Part shown: positions 19,564-30,136 of the stretch, piece by piece
Position numbering within the stretch: the first letter of the stretch is position 1
Layout of the letters: each line of letters begins with the position of its first letter
Source: Ignavibacteria bacterium
GTDB taxonomy: Bacteria > Bacteroidota > Ignavibacteria > Tepidaquicellales > OLB5
Assembly (NCBI GenBank): GCA_041859235.1
Contig: JBHEKV010000094.1
Coordinates: 5,345-69,344 of the forward strand
DNA length: 64,000 nucleotides
Reading direction: 5' to 3'
Notes under the pieces: model-generated
What the model was told of the DNA's origin: nothing
Databases searched by the model: none
Seen by the model: the letters and a program-made list of their open reading frames with translations, nothing else
Translations under genes and position numbers: made by a program

Positions 19564-20379
19564 CTACTCCTCGTCCATTTCTTCGAAAATTTCCTTCACC
19601 TCTTCCTTAACATCAGTTGATTCCAGTTCTTTCTTCATTTCACGTTTAAGTTCATCCAATGAATTCACAAATTTCAGCTTGCCGTCTTCGGCTATAGAAA
19701 TACCGCCGGTTTCTTCTGAAAGAATTATTACCATTGCGTTTACATCTTCTGACGCTCCAAGTCCTGCCCTGTGACGAGTACCAAGTTTTCGTGTGCCGAT
19801 CTTTTCAGTTGAAGATAATGGCAGAATACATCGCGCCGCCTCAATAATATTGTTGTTTATGATAACTGCACCATCATGCAGGGGAGATTTTGTACTGAAT
19901 ATCGAGATCAGCAGTTCCTTGCTGACTTTTGCCTGAAGCTGTTCACCTGTTTCGACAAAACTTGTGAGCCTATCGCCCATTGAAATTACAATTAATGCCC
20001 CCTGTTTACGATCCTTAAGTTCACTTAGGCCATCCACAATTTCGTTAATAGTTTCGCTGGCATTAATTTTGAGGAAATAACGCGCAATCCTGGTTCTGCC
20101 TATTACAAGAAGCAGTCTTCGGATCTCCGGCTGAAACAGAATGATGAAAGCAATAACCCAGATATCTGTCAAACGGCTGAAGATCCAGCCAAGAGATTTC
20201 ATGTTGAATGTTTGGGCAATCAAAGAAGCAAGTATAATAAGGGTTAACCCAAGAAAGATCTGTGAGGCAATTGTACCGCGCATTACAAGGTAAAGCTTGT
20301 AAAATATATAAGTGACTATAATTATATCAATTATATCAATTAAATTTACGGTAATGAAGCCTATTTTGAACAGTTCCAT
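19564..20379 (-). CDS. cdaA: Diadenylate cyclase (c-di-AMP synthase), membrane-anchored CdaA type
   Basis: Three N-terminal TM helices, then the DAC domain with DGAVII and GTRHRAGLG motifs. Confidence 0.88.
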   Translation of the reverse strand: MELFKIGFITVNLIDIIDIIIVTYIFYKLYLVMRGTIASQIFLGLTLIILASLIAQTFNMKSLGWIFSRLTDIWVIAFIILFQPEIRRLLLVIGRTRIARYFLKINASETINEIVDGLSELKDRKQGALIVISMGDRLTSFVETGEQLQAKVSKELLISIFSTKSPLHDGAVIINNNIIEAARCILPLSSTEKIGTRKLGTRHRAGLGASEDVNAMVIILSEETGGISIAEDGKLKFVNSLDELKREMKKELESTDVKEEVKEIFEEMDEE

Positions 20380-20483
20380 GGTGCTGCAAATTTAATGATT
20401 TGGCTTTTTACATAATAGTTAATAATTTTGAATGATTTATTACAAGTAATGGCTGAATTGCCTTTGAATCATAACAAAAATAT

Positions 20484-21056
20484 ATGCCTAAAGAAATAAA
20501 ACGCTGTGCATGGTGCGGCACTGACCCGCTGTATATGAAATATCACGACGAAGAATGGGGTGTACCACTAAGGGACGACGACAAATTATTTGAATTCCTG
20601 ATATTAGAGGGATTTCAGGCAGGATTGAGCTGGAGGACAATACTTTACAAACGCGAGAATTTCAGGAGAGCGTTTGATGGATTTGATGCGCAAAAAATTG
20701 CGCGGTATTCTGAAAGCAAAATTCAGAAATTGCTGAACGATGCCGGCATCATAAGGAACCGGTTGAAAATTGCCGCAACAATAACAAATGCAAAAGCATA
20801 TCTGGAAATCCAGGATAAAACCGGTTCATTTACAGACTACTTATGGCAATTTACAGACGGAAAAGTTAAAAAAAACGGGTGGAAGTCCTTGAAAGAAATC
20901 CCTGCCAGAACTGCGGAATCTGACGCGATGAGCAAACAACTGATCAAAGACGGATTCAAATTTGTGGGGTCAACTATCTGTTACGCCCACATGCAGGCAA
21001 CCGGGATGGTAAATGACCATTTAGTTAATTGCCACAGGTACAAAAAAGTGAAATGA
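20484..21056 (+). CDS. tag: DNA-3-methyladenine glycosylase I
   Basis: RCAWCGTDPLYMKYHDEEWGVP N-terminus and the FEFLILEGFQAGLSW motif, typical of Tag. Confidence 0.9.
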   Translation: MPKEIKRCAWCGTDPLYMKYHDEEWGVPLRDDDKLFEFLILEGFQAGLSWRTILYKRENFRRAFDGFDAQKIARYSESKIQKLLNDAGIIRNRLKIAATITNAKAYLEIQDKTGSFTDYLWQFTDGKVKKNGWKSLKEIPARTAESDAMSKQLIKDGFKFVGSTICYAHMQATGMVNDHLVNCHRYKKVK

Positions 21057-21063
21057 AAAATCA

Positions 21064-21094
21064 GAAAGCCGGCACAAAAATCATACCGGCTTCC
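21064..21094. terminator. Bidirectional terminator-like hairpin between convergent genes
   Basis: AAGCCGG-13 nt loop-CCGGCTT, flanked by A/T-rich runs on both sides. Confidence 0.5.
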
Positions 21095-21101
21095 TTTACC
21101 T

Positions 21102-22391
21102 TTACTTAACTAAAATGATCTTCATCGTTTTAGCCGTGATGCCATTGTTATTTTGAATTATCATTTTGCAGAAATACATTCCGCTTGAAAGCTTTGTTCC
21201 GTCAAAATTCACCGAATACGAGCCTTTATTCTGAATCTCTTCCAAAATTATATCAAGCTCTTTGCCAAGAATATCATATATTTTAAGAGACACAAAAGAT
21301 AATTCTGAGACTGAATAGCTGATAACAGAATTCGGATTTGAAGGATTGGGAAATACTGATAGCTGCACTCCATGAGAATTTGGTAAACCTAATGATCGCA
21401 GATTATCGCCCTGGGTAAACCAGGTTACGCCGCCATCAGTTGTTTTGAGGATTATTCCTTCTGAACCGCCGGTATATGAGATCTGATCATCTACAACAAA
21501 TAAGCAATTCAGGTTATTTGATATACCGCTTGTTTCATTTACCCAGCTCACACCGCCATCTGTCGTTTTGAGGATTGTACCTTCGGTCCCTACAGAAATG
21601 GCGTTTTGGTCATCAGCGAAGCGGATCCTGTAAAGTGTATTGCTAACTCCTGTAGCTATTGTTTCCCAGCTTTCACCCATATTTGTAGTCTTAATGATCG
21701 TTCCATTGCTGCCGGTTGCAAAGGCTGTGTTTTCATCAACCATAATTGTAAATACATAGTCAACATTCGGAGAGAATGAAGGAGAGCTGTACCATGAAAG
21801 TCCCCCGTTAGATGTAAGCAAAATTACGCCGCTCTGCCCGACAATCAATCCATTGTTTTCACTTCCAAAGGCGACTGAGCGGTAATTGATCTGTTTGGGA
21901 ACATTTACATCCATAATTGCCGGTGCCCAGGATTCACCCTGATCGGTTGTTCTGAGTATTGTACCATTATCACCAACAGCAATACCAACTTCCGAAAGCC
22001 TCCCGCCAAAAGAAACACCATACAGATCGAGATTTACTCCTGCTGTTCTTGGAGACCATGTTGCACCCTGGTCAGTGGTTTTCAGGATCGTACCCCTGGT
22101 ACCAACTACTACAATTTCCTCATCGCTTAAAATTGCGGTTTTCTTCAAAGTGTTGATAGTTCCGCTGGTTCTGTTAATCCAATTCAGACCGCCATCAGAA
22201 GTTTGCCTGATAGTACCGTTTGCGCCGATGGTTATTCCGTTTGCATCATCAATAAACTCCATGCACCACAAATCATTTCCCGCGGGCCTTTGCTGCGAGA
22301 ATACCGGCTGCAGAGCAATTATACTTAAAGAGAAAATTATGTATCTAAAGTTACTGAAGAAAAAATTAATTAGAATATTTAAAGGTTTCAT
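21102..22391 (-). CDS. Ycf48/BNR-like beta-propeller protein with T9SS C-terminal sorting domain
   Basis: About eight repeats of G(T/S)ILKTTDGGxxW. C-terminal FPNPSNPNS...GMYFCKMIIQNNNGITAKTMKIILVK. Confidence 0.7.
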   Translation of the reverse strand: MKPLNILINFFFSNFRYIIFSLSIIALQPVFSQQRPAGNDLWCMEFIDDANGITIGANGTIRQTSDGGLNWINRTSGTINTLKKTAILSDEEIVVVGTRGTILKTTDQGATWSPRTAGVNLDLYGVSFGGRLSEVGIAVGDNGTILRTTDQGESWAPAIMDVNVPKQINYRSVAFGSENNGLIVGQSGVILLTSNGGLSWYSSPSFSPNVDYVFTIMVDENTAFATGSNGTIIKTTNMGESWETIATGVSNTLYRIRFADDQNAISVGTEGTILKTTDGGVSWVNETSGISNNLNCLFVVDDQISYTGGSEGIILKTTDGGVTWFTQGDNLRSLGLPNSHGVQLSVFPNPSNPNSVISYSVSELSFVSLKIYDILGKELDIILEEIQNKGSYSVNFDGTKLSSGMYFCKMIIQNNNGITAKTMKIILVK

Positions 22392-22417
22392 TTAATACTA
22401 CTCCGTTTTTATATTAG

Positions 22418-25400
22418 CTATTTTATCAAAATCAGTTTTAATGTCTTTGAGAAGTTCTCAACGCTAAGCCTGTAGAAATAAATACCGCTGGCAATTTCAG
22501 TACCGTCAAATTCTGCGGTGTAATACCCTGCAGCAAGGTAGCTTGAGATCAAAGTTTTAACTTCCCTTCCCTGGATATCGTATACCTTCAGTGTAACATT
22601 AGCATCTGAAGGAACCTGAAAATTTATTTGTGAACTTGGATTTGATGGATTGGGATAATTTTGTGAAACATCATATTTTGCCGGTTTGCCAACTGTAACA
22701 TCGCTGTTTAGGGCAAAGTATTCAAAACTATTATTATAATTTACCTGTTTCAGCCTGTAGCTATATTTAGCTGTGTTTAAATTTTGATCTATGTAACTGT
22801 AAAAACTTTCACTGTTTTTTGTACCATTGCCCTGAACATATCCTGTTTTTTTCCATTCGGCATCAAATTCAGAGCGCCGTTCAATTTCAAATCCCGCATT
22901 ATTTATTTCAAAACCTGTTTTCCAGTTAAGTGTAACGTTCCTGCCGGAAACTGAAGCATTAAAAGATTCGAGCTGTACAGGCATTGGATAATCATAATCA
23001 TCTATTGCAAAAAGGGTAAGATCAGCAAGCCCTGTTTTATATACAGTCCTTAATGTAATATCAAGTTCGGTATCATAATGAGTCCATTCACTATTTACAT
23101 AATTCGCCATAGATATCCGGTTTTCATCTGAAATTGTTCCCGTAAGCGCGGGATCGTAGTAAAGTTTTATATCAAAAGTATACCCTAAGCCGCCCTGGGG
23201 GGCAAACAAAATATAAGAATTACCGAATTTGCCTGTTGTGGCAAGAGGCGGATTCGCTCCGGAGAAGTACTTTGCCGATACTGATACCGGCAAATTATTA
23301 CCATGCCAGCTTACAGCAGCAACAGTATCACCGGCAAACATAAACAAGGTCGTTCCGCCGTCAGAAATTGAACCCGACTGGATCATAGCATGAGGTTCAG
23401 CTGACGGAGTAAATTCATAAGCACCAATATCAGGGGCTCCCCCGGCCAGAGTGGTACTTCTGACATTACCCGCGTAATCATTGTTTACCGATGTTATCTG
23501 GGTTCCCCTCCCGTTAAGAGACCAGGAGTCTGAATTATTTATATCAGGATTGAGATCTTCGTTTGAAGTAAAACCCGGATTGTAGTTAAGTGAGCTGCGG
23601 TCTTTACCGGTTGCAGTTATCCACTGCTGCAGAGTTAACGAAGCGCTGCCTGAGATCTTTCCGATTGCCTTTACACCGTTTCCAGCGGGGGCAACATAAT
23701 AATTATTGTAATTAATATTCAGGAACTGTGAAGCATCAGACTGTGCGAAAACAGCACAGCTTCCGAAAGCCGAGTCACTGATAACCCCAAGATTATTGAC
23801 AATTGAATTGTTCCTAATATCAGCTATTGTTCCCGATGTCAGGAAAATGCCGCTTGAAAGTGAAGAGACCTTATTTAAGGTATTCCCATACAGGTTTATT
23901 GAGTTGTTAAATATACTTATACCGCTTTGAGGTGTTGATGAATACAGCATTATTCCTGCGGGATTATCAAGAAAATAAGCAGCATCATTGTGATTCCATC
24001 CATCGCCGTAAATACTGTAAATAAGGTTATTCTTAAGAGTCACATCGGCATTCAGATGATTTGAGGAAACGTAAATTCCATGTCCTCCCTGTCCGTTTGA
24101 ACCGGAGTATCCAATATTATAGATCTTGTTTCTTTCCACTGTTACACCGTGTGAACCGTTAGCGACCCAAATAGCTTTATCATCTTCATTTGCTGTATTA
24201 TTCAGGTTTCCCACTTCGTTGCCGCGTATCACTGAGTTATTCACTCCCTGCATATAAATTCCAAGGTAGCCTGTTGCATCTGCTCCTGAAGAGCTTATTA
24301 CATTGTCGTATATATATATATTTGAACCGTTCTGCGGATCAATTCCGCCGTTTAAATATATCCCCTGTCTTCCCTTCTGAATGAAGTTATTAAGTATCAT
24401 GATATCAGAAAAATATCCTGCATTTCCCGCAACAGAACCATCTGAGACCATTATTGAAGATGAACCGAGGCTGCTCTCGCCTGACTTTATATTGCAGTTT
24501 TTGATTGAAACATTAGAGACAGGATTCGTTCCGGATGAACCCACCCAAACGCAGTTTGAAATTCCGGAGTTATTGCTGATTATACTAAGATCCCTGCTGC
24601 TTCCGTTAACAATATTTGAACCATCTATAATGATATTGTTTGAGTTGAATATCCTGAAAACTGCGGTACCTGTACTCATTACGATTTGTGGTGATACCCC
24701 TGATGCTGGCTTAAATGTTACAGTGTTTACACCACTGGTTCCATAAATACTATTCAATGAAATCGGAAATGTTTCTGTGCTGTATAATTCATCAACCAGA
24801 CTGAACAGCACTGGACCCTGAATTCCCCTGCTTCCAAGATCGTTTACAGCAGCTGTAAGGCTGGAATAAATTCCATTGATCTCATCACCCAACAATGATC
24901 TTCCAAATCTGTTTCTTAACTCAGGTGTTATTTCTATATAACCCGGAGAAGTATACTGAACACTGCCATCCATCAGAATAAATGTATCACCTGTTGATGA
25001 AAATTCAGAAGCTGATAAATTTTGGAATATCTCATTTTCATCCAGTTTACTTTGGGTTTTGCCGTTCCTAAAAACATCCCTTGTGTATTTTGTTATTAAT
25101 ACCGGTTTTTCAATCTTTTGATAGTGCAGATTTTTCCCTGAAATCAGATTGAACATTGCAAGACCAACCGAGTACGTACCGGTAAGCGGATTATTCGCGA
25201 TCTTCCTGTTTCCTGAAGGAGCCTGTGTAGAAGGCGTTCTTGAAGAACCGACTGTTACAGAACTGCACTCCCCATCAATTGAGTTTCCGGTTATGGCTGT
25301 AAGGGGAACGTCGTACGTCAGCCAAAAGTAATTTGTTCCGCTGCTTAGTGCGCGGGTATCGTTAAAATTTATTGTTCCGCTTGGATTGGAAATAACATTT

Positions 25401-26395
25401 CCAAACTGATTTGCTGCAGAAAAAACTGAAGAGGTTCCTGTATACCAGATCCTTGCATTTGTTATATCAGATGTATTTGATGTACCGTTAGTTTTACATG
25501 AAATTGAAGTTACAGATAATGGGTTTAACAGACCGTTTACCACAACCTGTATTCTTATAACAGGGTTATTCACAGATCCCTTTTTGACAGAAGAGGTATC
25601 AGCAATGTATGTGTTGCATGAACTGTATGACATATTGCCCGGTGCGAAAGTGTATGTGAGACCGGAAGAGGGTTTTACGCTGGTTGTTAACCGCATTGTA
25701 CTTGTATTTGATGAGCCATTGGAACTTGATGACCAGCTGCTTGTTGTGCTCCTGTTCCTGTAATCGGAATTTGAGAGCCCGCGAATGCCAACCTGTGTTG
25801 GATTGTTAGATGTTGATGTGCTTGTGTTGGCAGTAGTTACATCACCATAAACAAATGTCACGGAAGAGCTGCTTTCATTGAGCCTGATCTGGAAATCATA
25901 GCTCTCGCCCGAGGAAGCATTGTATTTCCTGTAATTGAGCCACTGGATAACCAATACTCTGTTTGGAGAGCTGCCGGTGAGCAGGTAACTAAGCTCAGAG
26001 CCGGTTTGACCCTGCAGGTCACGGCCGAGTGCTGAAAAAATGTTTTCAAATCCGGAAGTACCTGAATAACTTATTGGCGTATAAGTATTCCCAATGGTGA
26101 AAGTACCTGAACCAAGTTTTATCCAGCCGTTGGTATTTACGGCAAACCTGTCGAAGATTGTACCATTATAACTGAAATCAAACCCAATAGGAAATCCAAT
26201 ATCAGTTTGGGTACCTGTTTCACCGGAAGTATTATTATTAAAAACTTCATCATCATTAGCTGTTGTTCCCAAAACAGTACCGCCGCTGATAGCAGTAAAA
26301 GTACCTGATGAACTGCTGAAATTATATGAATTTGATTGAGAAAGCAGCAAAGGAACGCAAAAAGCAGACAGTAAAAGTAATATTGATATTTTCAT
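22418..26395 (-). CDS. Large secreted right-handed beta-helix (PbH1-type repeat) protein with T9SS C-terminal sorting domain
   Basis: Signal peptide. The central region has periodic N/G/I-rich beta-helix-like repeats (NNxI...N..I.Y...). An Ig/FN3-like region follows (VQLESFNASVSGRNVTLNWKT), then the CTD YPNPSNP...GIYFYRLSVENFSKTLKLILIK. Confidence 0.6.
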   Translation of the reverse strand: MKISILLLLSAFCVPLLLSQSNSYNFSSSSGTFTAISGGTVLGTTANDDEVFNNNTSGETGTQTDIGFPIGFDFSYNGTIFDRFAVNTNGWIKLGSGTFTIGNTYTPISYSGTSGFENIFSALGRDLQGQTGSELSYLLTGSSPNRVLVIQWLNYRKYNASSGESYDFQIRLNESSSSVTFVYGDVTTANTSTSTSNNPTQVGIRGLSNSDYRNRSTTSSWSSSSNGSSNTSTMRLTTSVKPSSGLTYTFAPGNMSYSSCNTYIADTSSVKKGSVNNPVIRIQVVVNGLLNPLSVTSISCKTNGTSNTSDITNARIWYTGTSSVFSAANQFGNVISNPSGTINFNDTRALSSGTNYFWLTYDVPLTAITGNSIDGECSSVTVGSSRTPSTQAPSGNRKIANNPLTGTYSVGLAMFNLISGKNLHYQKIEKPVLITKYTRDVFRNGKTQSKLDENEIFQNLSASEFSSTGDTFILMDGSVQYTSPGYIEITPELRNRFGRSLLGDEINGIYSSLTAAVNDLGSRGIQGPVLFSLVDELYSTETFPISLNSIYGTSGVNTVTFKPASGVSPQIVMSTGTAVFRIFNSNNIIIDGSNIVNGSSRDLSIISNNSGISNCVWVGSSGTNPVSNVSIKNCNIKSGESSLGSSSIMVSDGSVAGNAGYFSDIMILNNFIQKGRQGIYLNGGIDPQNGSNIYIYDNVISSSGADATGYLGIYMQGVNNSVIRGNEVGNLNNTANEDDKAIWVANGSHGVTVERNKIYNIGYSGSNGQGGHGIYVSSNHLNADVTLKNNLIYSIYGDGWNHNDAAYFLDNPAGIMLYSSTPQSGISIFNNSINLYGNTLNKVSSLSSGIFLTSGTIADIRNNSIVNNLGVISDSAFGSCAVFAQSDASQFLNINYNNYYVAPAGNGVKAIGKISGSASLTLQQWITATGKDRSSLNYNPGFTSNEDLNPDINNSDSWSLNGRGTQITSVNNDYAGNVRSTTLAGGAPDIGAYEFTPSAEPHAMIQSGSISDGGTTLFMFAGDTVAAVSWHGNNLPVSVSAKYFSGANPPLATTGKFGNSYILFAPQGGLGYTFDIKLYYDPALTGTISDENRISMANYVNSEWTHYDTELDITLRTVYKTGLADLTLFAIDDYDYPMPVQLESFNASVSGRNVTLNWKTGFEINNAGFEIERRSEFDAEWKKTGYVQGNGTKNSESFYSYIDQNLNTAKYSYRLKQVNYNNSFEYFALNSDVTVGKPAKYDVSQNYPNPSNPSSQINFQVPSDANVTLKVYDIQGREVKTLISSYLAAGYYTAEFDGTEIASGIYFYRLSVENFSKTLKLILIK

Positions 26396-26642
26396 AAAAG
26401 TTGAAGCAAAGGTTAAAAATTATCTGATTCAAATATACTTTCCGGATTTGAGATGCAAACTAACCAAAAACAGTTAAATATCAGTTAACGATAAGAATCA
26501 TATTGCAATGTGATATATATCAGTACGGGTTTCCCGGTTAATCAGCAATGCTGGATTTCATAATGTCTCAAGAATTAAAAGGGACAAATATCATTAATTT
26601 TTAAGTTATGATTCATTAAATTGTGCTTTCAATTTCAAGGAA

Positions 26643-27455
26643 ATGAAGAATTTTATATATACTATCATAATAATTTCACTTTCAATATTAAGCTGCGGTG
26701 AATCATCGGATATCATTGTAAATAATCCTCCGGTTGATGTTTATCAAAAAATCATCACCGCTGAAAACGGTAATTTTAAATTTGAGTTATGGACAACAGG
26801 TAATGATACATTAATGACCGGATATAACAAAGTAGGTTTTAAAGTATTTGAATCAGGCAATGAAAAAAATTCCGGCTACGTGAAATTCTACGCGAAGATG
26901 TTTCATTTTACTTCAACAGATTTCCATGCAACCCCGGTGGAGCCCCAATACAATTACGATGCGTCACTTGGGATGTTCACCGGATATATCATAATGCTGA
27001 TGCCTTCGGATTCATCCAGCCGCTGGTACGGATATTACAATTATAATGAGGAATTCAGTGTTGATTCCGCTAATTTTGATGTAGGTTGGGATACAAAAAC
27101 AAAATTCAAGATCTTTACAGATATTGGAGCCCAGCTAAGTTATTTGATCACCATGACATCTCCGGAAGAGCCGGTAAGAGGTATGAATGATTTCACCTGC
27201 CTTTTGCACGAATCTCCTGACTTTATAACTTTTACTCAGGTAAATTCGGCGTCTATGTTTTTAACTGCCAGGCTTGATTCACTGAACCATTCTTCTGAAG
27301 GAAATGAGAATCCGGCTTACACTGGCGGCGGTATCTACAAAGGGAAAGTTAATTTTGATATTCCAGGCGGATGGAAAGTATATGATTCTATATACTACAA
27401 TAACCGCTGCATAACACAAAACGGAACACCCTATATCTATTTTGAGGTAAAATAA
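26643..27455 (+). CDS. Lipoprotein of unknown function
   Basis: Signal peptide with lipobox LSILSCGES. No recognisable domain. Confidence 0.5.
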   Translation: MKNFIYTIIIISLSILSCGESSDIIVNNPPVDVYQKIITAENGNFKFELWTTGNDTLMTGYNKVGFKVFESGNEKNSGYVKFYAKMFHFTSTDFHATPVEPQYNYDASLGMFTGYIIMLMPSDSSSRWYGYYNYNEEFSVDSANFDVGWDTKTKFKIFTDIGAQLSYLITMTSPEEPVRGMNDFTCLLHESPDFITFTQVNSASMFLTARLDSLNHSSEGNENPAYTGGGIYKGKVNFDIPGGWKVYDSIYYNNRCITQNGTPYIYFEVK

Positions 27456-27483
27456 CTTTAAATTCAAAGTGCCAGCGCAAAAA

Positions 27484-27525
27484 TAAAAAACCCGGTTCAG
27501 TATATAGAACCGGGATTAGATTTTA
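27484..27525. terminator. Bidirectional terminator-like hairpin between convergent genes
   Basis: CCCGGTTC-agtatata-GAACCGGG, preceded by an A-run and followed by ATTAGATTTT. Confidence 0.6.
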
Positions 27526-27542
27526 TGCTTAACAACTTATCC

Positions 27543-29780
27543 TTACTTAATAATCACCATCTTTTTGATATCTGAGTAAGAACCGGCGCTCATTTTGTAG
27601 AAATATGTACCGGAAGCCAAGTTTGAAGCATTCAAATTTACCTCGTATGTACCTGCATTCAGAAATTGATCTACAAGTAGCTGAACTTCTCTGCCTAAGA
27701 TATCATACAAAGAAATTTTCACATCAGTGCTTCTTGCTACATCATACTTTATTATAGTAGCAGGATTAAACGGATTTGGATAATTTTGATATAATGAAAA
27801 TTTCGCAGGCACTGTATTTCCAACCTGCTGATTACCCGTTACACCATTATTTATCCTGATACCCCATCCCTGGAGGACGCCAAGATCTCCTGAAGCGACA
27901 TCGCTGACAGTAAGAACCCAGTTTCCCTGTGCAAGTGAATTTCCAAAATTTCCAAAAGTCTGCTCTGAAGCGCAGATATTTGACCAGGGCGGCAAGTAAG
28001 AAGTATTGGTTACACTTGTTTGACCGTCCACAAAGAATGTCAGAATATGATCGCCTGAGCTGCCATTACCTGAAGTAAGCTCTCTAACCTGCCCGTTGGG
28101 TGCAGTTAATGCGATCGTAAGATCAGCAACCCAGGGATGCCTGATAGATATGAACACTTCTACCGAATTAGCGAAAGCGTTTCCACCTAAAGTGATAGTA
28201 TCTTTTATTGTTATAAGATCAGGTATATTCTTGAATGGTGCGCGCACTGCAAATCCGCCCGGGAAAGGGTTCCCTGAAGCCAGTCTGTTCACAACAGTGT
28301 TATGCGCTACATAGGCCGGTCCTAAAGCGCCCGCTGTTGTTTCATTAACAAAGCCGCTAAAGCGGCAATCGTTCACTCCTCCGGTGTTAAATGAGCCGTT
28401 TATTCCTGAAATTGTTGACCTGTTCAGAAGATTGCCGTCGAAGTTCCATGCACCTATCAAACCTGCATTGCTGGTCTTTCCGCGAACTGAACCGAACATG
28501 TTTGCTTTAAGCCAGTCAATTGATTTGATATCGCTCCAATATCTGACTTCATCAATGTATCCATTCCAGGTTTCAAATGTAAAAGCTGCGCTGCTGCCTA
28601 TTGTCATAGGGTCACTGTTAAGATTAAAAGTACCGCCGTTTGAAAGCGGCGTTCCCGAAACCTGCCCGTTTACGTAAAAAGTCACAGAAAATGAACCCGC
28701 ATTCAGAAACCAGGTCCATGCAACATGAACCCATTGATTTAGAGGCAGAGTCACACCGTCATTATTGGTAATTGCTGAAGTACCGAAACGCGCAAAAAGT
28801 TTGCCATTGCTTGCCATTCCAAACAGGTAAGATACATTGCTTGTATTCCCTTTGCTTACAATGATCTTTTGCTGATTGTTTACCGCAGTAAACACCCATG
28901 CCTCCATTGTGCCGTCAGTTGTCTGGTTAAAATTTGAATTATGCGGAATTGTCACAAAAGAGTTATTCCCTGATCCCGGACATCTTAAAGCGAAATTGTA
29001 CGGGATTGGCTGACTTCCTAATGCCTGCTGTGAAAACGCAGAACCGTTGTATGTACCGTTGAGTCCGCTTATATAATCAAACGCCGTTCCGGATGTATTG
29101 AAGCTCCATGAAGCTATCAAACTGGTATAAGAAGATGAACTTGTTAAAGCAAGTGAGCTGTTTGAGTTCACACCATCACCTACTCCGACAAACCGGTTAT
29201 TGCGGATCTCCGCTTCTGTCCTTACTGGATCCCAAAATCTCACTTCATCTATAAAGCCATTATAAAATTGGGTTGTAAATCCGCCTGATGTTCCCCCGAT
29301 CTTCACCGGATCAGTATTTGTGACCCAGGCATTAGAAAGATTTTGAGTCGATCCGCTTAAAGTCCCATTTACATAGAAGCTAATATTGTATGGATTGCTG
29401 CCGCTCCAGGTTACAGCAATATGTGTCCACTGGCTTAAGGTTATAACGCTGCCGCCGGTATTTGAAACAGAAGTGTTCCCTATGCGGAAGAACTGAATGT
29501 TGCCCGTAAGCCCCCAAATAAATTGTACATTTGAAGAAACACCCTTACTGATAAGCTGTTGTGTTCCGGTAATACTTAACGGGTAGATCCACATTTCCAT
29601 GGTACCGCCGGTGTTTTGATTGAATAAGGTGCTGGATGGAATGCTGACAAAATTACTGTTGCTGTTAAGACCGGCAAGATAACCATTGTAACTTAACTCA
29701 CCGAATTCATCTGTTTGAGAAATGCTGTTAAAGGAAACTAAAGAAATTGCAAACAAAAAGATCAATATTTGTGTTTTCAT
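27543..29780 (-). CDS. Secreted protein with two LamG/concanavalin-like domains, a proprotein-convertase P-domain and T9SS C-terminal sorting domain
   Basis: Duplicated W.H.A.TW...FYVNG...IDEVR(F/Y)W pattern (Laminin_G_3 type). P-domain-like HPWVADLTIALTAPNGQVRELTSGNGSSGDH. CTD YPNPFNP...GTYFYKMSAGSYSDIKKMVIIK. Confidence 0.7.
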   Translation of the reverse strand: MKTQILIFLFAISLVSFNSISQTDEFGELSYNGYLAGLNSNSNFVSIPSSTLFNQNTGGTMEMWIYPLSITGTQQLISKGVSSNVQFIWGLTGNIQFFRIGNTSVSNTGGSVITLSQWTHIAVTWSGSNPYNISFYVNGTLSGSTQNLSNAWVTNTDPVKIGGTSGGFTTQFYNGFIDEVRFWDPVRTEAEIRNNRFVGVGDGVNSNSSLALTSSSSYTSLIASWSFNTSGTAFDYISGLNGTYNGSAFSQQALGSQPIPYNFALRCPGSGNNSFVTIPHNSNFNQTTDGTMEAWVFTAVNNQQKIIVSKGNTSNVSYLFGMASNGKLFARFGTSAITNNDGVTLPLNQWVHVAWTWFLNAGSFSVTFYVNGQVSGTPLSNGGTFNLNSDPMTIGSSAAFTFETWNGYIDEVRYWSDIKSIDWLKANMFGSVRGKTSNAGLIGAWNFDGNLLNRSTISGINGSFNTGGVNDCRFSGFVNETTAGALGPAYVAHNTVVNRLASGNPFPGGFAVRAPFKNIPDLITIKDTITLGGNAFANSVEVFISIRHPWVADLTIALTAPNGQVRELTSGNGSSGDHILTFFVDGQTSVTNTSYLPPWSNICASEQTFGNFGNSLAQGNWVLTVSDVASGDLGVLQGWGIRINNGVTGNQQVGNTVPAKFSLYQNYPNPFNPATIIKYDVARSTDVKISLYDILGREVQLLVDQFLNAGTYEVNLNASNLASGTYFYKMSAGSYSDIKKMVIIK

Positions 29781-29980
29781 TTCACTATCCTTCCTTCGGA
29801 TAAATTGAATTTATAGAAACAGCCCTATGGATGAAGGCGGAAATGAGTTACAAATTTTGAATTGTGCTTACTTAAAAGTATCATTTTATAAATGTATATT
29901 CAATTCCATTTTTTGTAAATCAGCTTAAATTACACAGTTTAAGGACGAAAAAGAGGGTTTTACAAAATATAAAAAATAAG

Positions 29981-29988
29981 TATATTTG
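29981..29988 (+). promoter_or_regulatory. Candidate FCB-type -7 promoter box (TATATTTG) for the tRNA-Ser genes
   Basis: Exact TATATTTG ending 18 nt upstream of the first tRNA nucleotide. Confidence 0.45.
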
Positions 29989-30005
29989 CTGATAATCATT
30001 ATAGA

Positions 30006-30087
30006 GGAGAGCTCGCATAATGGTATTGCAGCGGTCTTGAAAACCGCCGGGCGCAAGCCTGTGGGGGTTCGAGTCCCTCGCTCTCCG
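30006..30087 (+). tRNA. tRNA-Ser (anticodon UGA)
   Basis: Hand-folded cloverleaf. Acceptor GGAGAGC/GCTCTCC, anticodon stem GCGGT/ACCGC with loop CTTGAAA, 15-nt variable arm (GGC-GCAA-GCC), T-arm GGGGG-TTCGAGT-CCCTC, discriminator G. No encoded CCA. Confidence 0.85.
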
Positions 30088-30100
30088 CAAACATATTATA

Positions 30101-30124
30101 AACAAGGGGTTGCAACCCCTTGTT
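30101..30124 (+). terminator. Perfect palindromic hairpin between the two tRNA genes
   Basis: AACAAGGGGTTGCAACCCCTTGTT followed by TCATTCTGTT. It could be a terminator or a processing signal. Confidence 0.4.
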
Positions 30125-30136
30125 TCATTCTGTTCA

